In this document: positions 58,927 through 64,000 of the stretch, piece by piece | Layout: every line of letters starts with the position of its first letter | How positions within the stretch are numbered: the stretch's first letter is position 1 | Source of the DNA: Syntrophorhabdaceae bacterium | Lineage (GTDB): Bacteria > Desulfobacterota > Syntrophorhabdia > Syntrophorhabdales > Syntrophorhabdaceae | Direction: 5' to 3' | Assembly: GCA_963666485.2 (NCBI GenBank) | Contig: CAXXUO010000001.1 | Span: 96,001 to 160,000 of the forward strand | DNA length: 64,000 nt | Notes under the pieces: generated by a model | The model's input: only the letters and a program-made list of their open reading frames with translations | Databases searched by the model: none | Told to the model about the DNA's origin: nothing | Made by a program: the position numbers and the translations under genes

Positions 58927-60633
58927 TCATTCTCTCGCACTGACTTTCTGTTTTTCTATCCATGTCCCGATCTCTTCTTCGAGGACGGGCAGGAGAAGTG
59001 CGCCGTTGTCAAGGACCGCATTGTGGAATGTCCTGATATCGAATGCAGGCCCAAGCTCCCGCTCGGCCCGCTCGCGCAATTGCCGGATCCGTAATTCACC
59101 GATCTTGTATGACAGCGCCTGGCCGGGCATGACGATGTACCGGTCTACCTCTACCGCGATATCCTGCTCTGTTTTTGCGGTCTCATTCCTCATGAAATCG
59201 ATGGCCTGCTGCCGACTCCAGCCGAAATGATGGATCCCTGTATCCACAACCAGGCGGCACGCGCGCCACATCTCGTACATGAGCTGGCCGAACCGGGAAT
59301 ACGGGTCCGTATAAAAACCCATTTCTTTTCCCAAACTCTCTGCATACAATGCCCAGCCCTCAATATAGGCCGTGTACGAGGCGTTCCGCCGGAAACGGGA
59401 CAAATGGCGAAGCTCCTGGGCCCGCGAGATCTGCAGGTGATGGCCCGGCACGGCCTCGTGGAGCACCAGGGCTTCCATCTCGAACTTCGGGCGCATGTCG
59501 AGCCGGTAGGTGTTTACCATGAAGTACCCGGCCCGCGACCCGTCGGACGCCCCGGGGTAATACATGGCCGTCGTCTGGCTCGGGGCCTCGTAATCGGGGA
59601 ATGCACGCACCCCGTAAGGGTTGCGGGGAAGCTCCGCGAAAAGACCGGGTAATTCAGCATCCACACGCTTTGCGATGTCCCGGTAGGCCACGACGAGGTC
59701 ATTCTCATCTGTGAAATAAAACCGCGAATCGCTGCGAAGAAATGACGAAAAATCATCGAGCGACCCGTCAAACCCCGTTCTTGTCATGACAGACAGCATA
59801 TCCTGCCTGATGCGGCCGACCTCGCTCAAGCCGATCTCGTGGATCTCTTCGGCAGTCATTTCTGTCGTCGTGTGTTCGAATATGCAATGGGCGTAATAGG
59901 CCGTGCCGTCCGGAAGCTCGCTTGCAGCGATAGGCCGCGCCCCGGCGGGCAGGTATGTGTTCACGACAAAATCATGGAACATTGACAGTGAAGGAAAAAT
60001 GGCATCCGTGATAAGCCGGCTGATATCCGACCGCAAGGACTCCCTCTCTGACCCGGTGATGTTCTCCGGTATGCGCTCGAGAGGTTTGTAAAATGCACTT
60101 TGTTCAACATCGTCCGTCACCTGCCCTTTTATCTGATCGGGCACTCCCTGAAGCGGTACAGAAGGCAACACCCACCCGGTCTCGATGCCACGCCGCAAAA
60201 GATCGGTCACCTGGCCGAGATAAGCCGGATAGGCCCTCATTCGCTTTTCATAATTGCGGTAATCGGCCGCCGTCCTGAACGGCGTTATCGAGACCAGCTG
60301 GGCGAGATCGAGATGGGGACCATATATCTGCGTGAGCATGAGGACCGGAGGAAACCTGTGTGCCCTGACGGCAAGATCGAGGCTCCACGCGAGAAGTTTG
60401 AAGGACAGGGCATCCTGTTGCGAAAAACCGGACCGATCGATCTTGCGGACCCGCTCGAGCCATTGCCGCTCGTCACCGCGCCTCTTTTCAATAGCGGCCG
60501 GGGACAGGTCGGTAAGCCGGTCATTGTACCTGTTATCACCGGTCCACGTCGAGAGTTCCGGGTACTCGTTGAGGCACCATTCCCAGTATTCTTCCTGAAG
60601 CCTTTCAAAAACACTCTGACCTTTTTCATTCAT
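58927..60633 (-). CDS. DUF885 family protein (metallopeptidase-like)
   Basis: HEAVPGHHLQ, EGWALYAE, RACRLVVDTGIH, PGQALSYKIG. Confidence 0.92.
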   Translation of the reverse strand: MNEKGQSVFERLQEEYWEWCLNEYPELSTWTGDNRYNDRLTDLSPAAIEKRRGDERQWLERVRKIDRSGFSQQDALSFKLLAWSLDLAVRAHRFPPVLMLTQIYGPHLDLAQLVSITPFRTAADYRNYEKRMRAYPAYLGQVTDLLRRGIETGWVLPSVPLQGVPDQIKGQVTDDVEQSAFYKPLERIPENITGSERESLRSDISRLITDAIFPSLSMFHDFVVNTYLPAGARPIAASELPDGTAYYAHCIFEHTTTEMTAEEIHEIGLSEVGRIRQDMLSVMTRTGFDGSLDDFSSFLRSDSRFYFTDENDLVVAYRDIAKRVDAELPGLFAELPRNPYGVRAFPDYEAPSQTTAMYYPGASDGSRAGYFMVNTYRLDMRPKFEMEALVLHEAVPGHHLQISRAQELRHLSRFRRNASYTAYIEGWALYAESLGKEMGFYTDPYSRFGQLMYEMWRACRLVVDTGIHHFGWSRQQAIDFMRNETAKTEQDIAVEVDRYIVMPGQALSYKIGELRIRQLRERAERELGPAFDIRTFHNAVLDNGALLLPVLEEEIGTWIEKQKVSARE

Positions 60634-60818
60634 CTGAGATCACCCGATATAATGTATTCCGGCACGCCCGGGGGGCCGCAAGACCCGACCGCTTCTTTGG
60701 GCAGAGACCGTTCCTTATTATACAACGTGGATCGCATTATGCATCGGCCGCATTTTCTATTATACTGTAGAGGGAACGAAAGCTCCGGACTCATCGAATT
60801 GGAGGACGGTCGGGAATA

Positions 60819-61526
60819 ATGGCGGGGAAGACGGGTATAGTCCTCATGCCGGGTATCGATGGTACCGGGATATTTTTCGATCCGCTTGTTAAAGCCCTGC
60901 CGACTGATATCCCCGTATCGGTGATAACATATCCCCCCGGGAAGATCATGTCTCTCGACGAGCACGCCGAATTCGTCACCCGGCATTTCCCGGCGGACAA
61001 TGTCGTGATCGTGGCCGAATCCTTTTCGGGCCTTGTCGGCCTGGCTCTTCTCCATCAAAAGCCAAAAAGCGTCAAAGGCGCTATATTCAGCGCCGCCTTT
61101 GCCGGTCCGCTTCATCGGCATGTGATCTGCGGCCTCTCCCGGATACCCGGCATGGAATCCCTCATCAGGAAACTTCCCGTATCCCTCCTCGAGTATTTCC
61201 TTTTCGGTCCCTTTGCCAACAGCGAGCTCAGGGCACTTTTGGTCTGCGGGCTCCCCGGGATCGACGGGAAGTCCCTCAAGCAGCGGGCCCGCCTTACCGC
61301 TTCCGGCTATCCCCGCCCCGACGAGAGCTTCACCACAGCGTGCCTGTACCTCGAAGCCGCCCGGGACCGTGTCGTCCCCCCACAGGCCGCCTCGTGGTTC
61401 GCGGACCATTTTTATACATTCGAACGCGCCCGGTTTGACGCCCCTCATTGTCTTCTCCAGACAAAACCTGTGGAGTGCGCCGCAAAGATCGTGGAATTCA
61501 TAGCAACCGTGAGCCGGCAGCAGTGA
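60819..61526 (+). CDS. Alpha/beta hydrolase fold protein
   Basis: LMPGIDGTG, AESFSG nucleophile elbow, DRVVP, APH. Confidence 0.8.
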   Translation: MAGKTGIVLMPGIDGTGIFFDPLVKALPTDIPVSVITYPPGKIMSLDEHAEFVTRHFPADNVVIVAESFSGLVGLALLHQKPKSVKGAIFSAAFAGPLHRHVICGLSRIPGMESLIRKLPVSLLEYFLFGPFANSELRALLVCGLPGIDGKSLKQRARLTASGYPRPDESFTTACLYLEAARDRVVPPQAASWFADHFYTFERARFDAPHCLLQTKPVECAAKIVEFIATVSRQQ

Positions 61527-61533
61527 GTCTTTT

Positions 61534-61558
61534 TTCACCTCACGCCTCACGCCTCACG
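61534..61558 (+). repeat. Heptamer repeat CTCACGC, about 3 units
   Basis: ttcacctcacgcctcacgcctcacg just after the hydrolase stop. Confidence 0.7.
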
Positions 61559-61826
61559 TTTCCTATTAAGCCCGGCCCGATTTCAGCGACAAACAGAGTA
61601 TGGCATGATCACGTGCCCTCAAGACAATGATCTGCATCAGGGCCTTCTTCGCAACTAAAATACCTTTACCCCGGCGATGAAGGCCCTTTCTTCCAAAATC
61701 TAACAAGACAATTTGCCATTGACACCCACGAAATCCATAGTGTACAAAGTACAGGTAACCTGAATCATACGTTACCAGTTTATTAAACATCCGGACCATT
61801 CCTTAAAAATAAACGGGGCGCGCTGC

Positions 61827-63014
61827 GTGGCTCTTAAGAAGGTCGACATTCCCCTCGAAGTTGTGATCCTCCTTACCGGCGGTATTGCACTTTTGATAAC
61901 CGGGTCTGTCTTCTTTGCCGTCAGCCGGGGTGGACTGCCATATTATGAGAACGGTTTCTACGGCCTGTTCCTCGTCATCGTGGCGATGCAGACAATAATG
62001 CTGGGGAAAACCCCTTTTGGCGATATGCGCAAGTCACCGGGTCTGCTGATCGCCGGTGCAGCCGTTGCCGCCGTCGGTATACTCAGTTGTTTCATCCCCG
62101 TATTCAACCGGTTTCCCCGTCTGCTCCTCATCGTGTTGCTCGGCCCGGGGAGTCTCATACTTCTCGGGCGGATGTGCTTCTCCCCCGACAAATTCCGCGC
62201 CTGGATAAAATACGGGGGGACCTTCCGGCATCTTATCGTTTCATGCACCGCGGTTTATTGCCTTTCGATGCTGATCGCCCTCATCCTCGCCACGGGGAGC
62301 GCACCCGCGGCGCCTGCCGCAGCCACTGTCGTGATCATTGTCTATGGCATCGCGGGTTTGTATCTCGCCGGCGTACTTCGGACCATCTACCGGACGTTTC
62401 CGGATGCAGCCCGTGAACACGAGGAGAACGGGCTTTCCGCCGATCAGTCGATGATATTCCTCACGGGAATCTTCATGATCATCCTCGGGACAATGCTCAT
62501 CCCGGTCAACCTGGGACTTCTTCCTTTTTCCGGCAGCGCTCAGGTGGGCCTGCTCATGGTGATCTTCGCGGTCCAGATGCTTGCCACCGGCAGCACGCCC
62601 ATCGGCCCCTTTCCCCGCTCATGGCCCGTGATCGCGGCGGGGATGGTATTTGCGGCGCTGGGGGTTGTGTCCTGCATCGTTCCGGACATACTGCTCAAAC
62701 CTTTGACGCTCCTCGTGGGCGTGCTCAATATGCTGGGAGGGGCGATCTCGCTCATAAAGATGCTGAGCGAACGGTTGCGGCCGGCCGAAGGAATACAGGG
62801 CCCTCTCGCCCGGCTTCTGACAAAGCTTTTTGCAGTTCGGCTTGCATTGAACATACTGGGGATGATGTTCGGTGCATCAGTGCTTGTCCCGAATCTCATC
62901 CACGGCCTGATAATGGGCGTTATCCTTGCGGCAAACGGGGCTGTTCTCCTGTATTTGCTGCGGATACTTGTTCTTCTCGATAGAATGCAGGCCGTCCCGG
63001 AAGGAAATATATGA
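61827..63014 (+). CDS. Multi-pass membrane protein with an internal duplication
   Basis: AMQTIMLGKTPFG...SCFIP repeated as AVQMLATGSTPIG...SCIVP. Confidence 0.75.
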   Translation: MALKKVDIPLEVVILLTGGIALLITGSVFFAVSRGGLPYYENGFYGLFLVIVAMQTIMLGKTPFGDMRKSPGLLIAGAAVAAVGILSCFIPVFNRFPRLLLIVLLGPGSLILLGRMCFSPDKFRAWIKYGGTFRHLIVSCTAVYCLSMLIALILATGSAPAAPAAATVVIIVYGIAGLYLAGVLRTIYRTFPDAAREHEENGLSADQSMIFLTGIFMIILGTMLIPVNLGLLPFSGSAQVGLLMVIFAVQMLATGSTPIGPFPRSWPVIAAGMVFAALGVVSCIVPDILLKPLTLLVGVLNMLGGAISLIKMLSERLRPAEGIQGPLARLLTKLFAVRLALNILGMMFGASVLVPNLIHGLIMGVILAANGAVLLYLLRILVLLDRMQAVPEGNI

Positions 63015-63028
63015 CGGAGGTAGCGAAA

Positions 63029-64000
63029 ATGTTCCAGAAGCTCTTCAGCCCGGTGCGAATCGCAGGATTGGAGATCAAGAACCGCGTGGCTATGACGGCC
63101 ATGGGCGTGGGGCTCTCCGCGCCGGGCGGCGGGGTCAGTGACGATATCATAGCTTTCTACGAGGCACGGGCCCGGGGCGGGGTCGGGCTCATCATCAGCG
63201 AGATATGCCGGGTCCTGGACGGCGCGGGTGCAGGGGAACCCTGCCAGCTGGCCGCGAGAAATATCGGGGATATACAGGGGCTGGGAAGGCTCATGGACAC
63301 CGTGCACAAGTACGGTACCAAAATGTTCGTCCAGCTGCAGCACCCCGGCCGCCAGGGAAGCCCCATGGTCGGTGGGGAAGAACCCGTCTCCGCCTCGGCG
63401 GTGGTAAACCCCATCACGGGGGAGACGCCGCGGGCGCTCACGGTGCAGGAGATCGGGACGGTCCGGGATGCTTTCATAAGGGGGGCGCGCTTTGCGCAAA
63501 TGGCAGGCGCGGACGGCATCGAACTGCACGGGGCGCACGGCTACCTGATCAACAGCTTCCTCTCCCCCTATCTCAACAGGCGCGACGACCTTTACGGCGG
63601 CAGTCTCGAGAACCGTATGCGTTTTCTGCTCGAGATCCTCGCGGGCATCCGCGGGGCATGCGGCAGAGGCTTCCCGCTGGGCGTGCGGCTCTCAGCCGAG
63701 GAGTTCTTAGGTGACAGGGGGAACGACCTCGCCGCCACGTGCAGGATCGCGGAAGAGTTGGAGAAGGCCGGCGTCGACTTCCTCGACATCAGCTGCATGA
63801 TCCCCGACAGTCCCCGGTTCACCGCCTGCATAGAGCCGGGCACGATAGAACAGGGATGGAAGAAATACATGGCGGCAGAGATCAGGAAACACGTGAAGGT
63901 GCCCGTCATCGCTGTGGCGAACATCAAGGAGCCCGACGTCGCCGAGGCGATCCTCGAGGAAGGCTGCTGCGACCTCGCCGGTGTGGCGCGCGGGCATCTC
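63029..64000 (+). CDS. NADH:flavin oxidoreductase (Old Yellow Enzyme / enoate reductase family), truncated by the window end and absent from the ORF track
   Basis: MFQKLFSPVRIAGLEIKNRVAMTAM, RARGGVGLII, QLQHPGR, DGIELHGAHGYLI..FLSP..N.R.D.YGGSLENR; GGAGG RBS. Confidence 0.93.
   Translation, partial: MFQKLFSPVRIAGLEIKNRVAMTAMGVGLSAPGGGVSDDIIAFYEARARGGVGLIISEICRVLDGAGAGEPCQLAARNIGDIQGLGRLMDTVHKYGTKMFVQLQHPGRQGSPMVGGEEPVSASAVVNPITGETPRALTVQEIGTVRDAFIRGARFAQMAGADGIELHGAHGYLINSFLSPYLNRRDDLYGGSLENRMRFLLEILAGIRGACGRGFPLGVRLSAEEFLGDRGNDLAATCRIAEELEKAGVDFLDISCMIPDSPRFTACIEPGTIEQGWKKYMAAEIRKHVKVPVIAVANIKEPDVAEAILEEGCCDLAGVARGHL

Noticed and set aside
61670..61710. GGCGATGAAGGCCC as a fluoride riboswitch start
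   Set aside because: The pairing strand and the downstream CTGATG motif are missing.

Overview
A 64 kb, gene-dense chromosomal window of moderately high GC from a strict anaerobe. Gene content suggests an aromatic-degrading Desulfobacterota, possibly Syntrophorhabdus-like (inference). It holds: (1) an SOS mutagenesis cassette (lexA divergent from imuB-like, a small ORF and dnaE2) with GAAC-N4-GTTC-type boxes and apparently leaderless promoters; (2) a four-gene ATP-dependent class I benzoyl-CoA reductase / 2-hydroxyacyl-CoA dehydratase-type operon, preceded by a sigma54-driven small repeat protein; (3) a tungsten-dependent class II benzoyl-CoA reductase operon bamBCDEF, where bamE and bamF are each broken in the ORF track by an in-frame TGA at a conserved Cys position followed by a SECIS-like hairpin (selenocysteine); (4) a third in-frame TGA at the Cys of an HMA-like MD[C/U]PTEE motif fused to a CDF-type cation transporter, a candidate little-described selenoprotein; (5) housekeeping and accessory genes (fbp, GS type III, sod, pcnB, DEAD-box helicase, RND tripartite pump, TPR-CHAT protein, omptin, C1 peptidase and others) plus one frameshifted double-cubane-type reductase. 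The intergenic DNA carries two kinds of repeat: CGTC-type REP palindromes, and several families of 7-bp tandem repeats that sit right behind stop codons or in inverted pairs, including a 21-unit array. I saw no rRNA, tRNA, CRISPR array or transposase. All family calls come from motif recognition by eye, not database searches.
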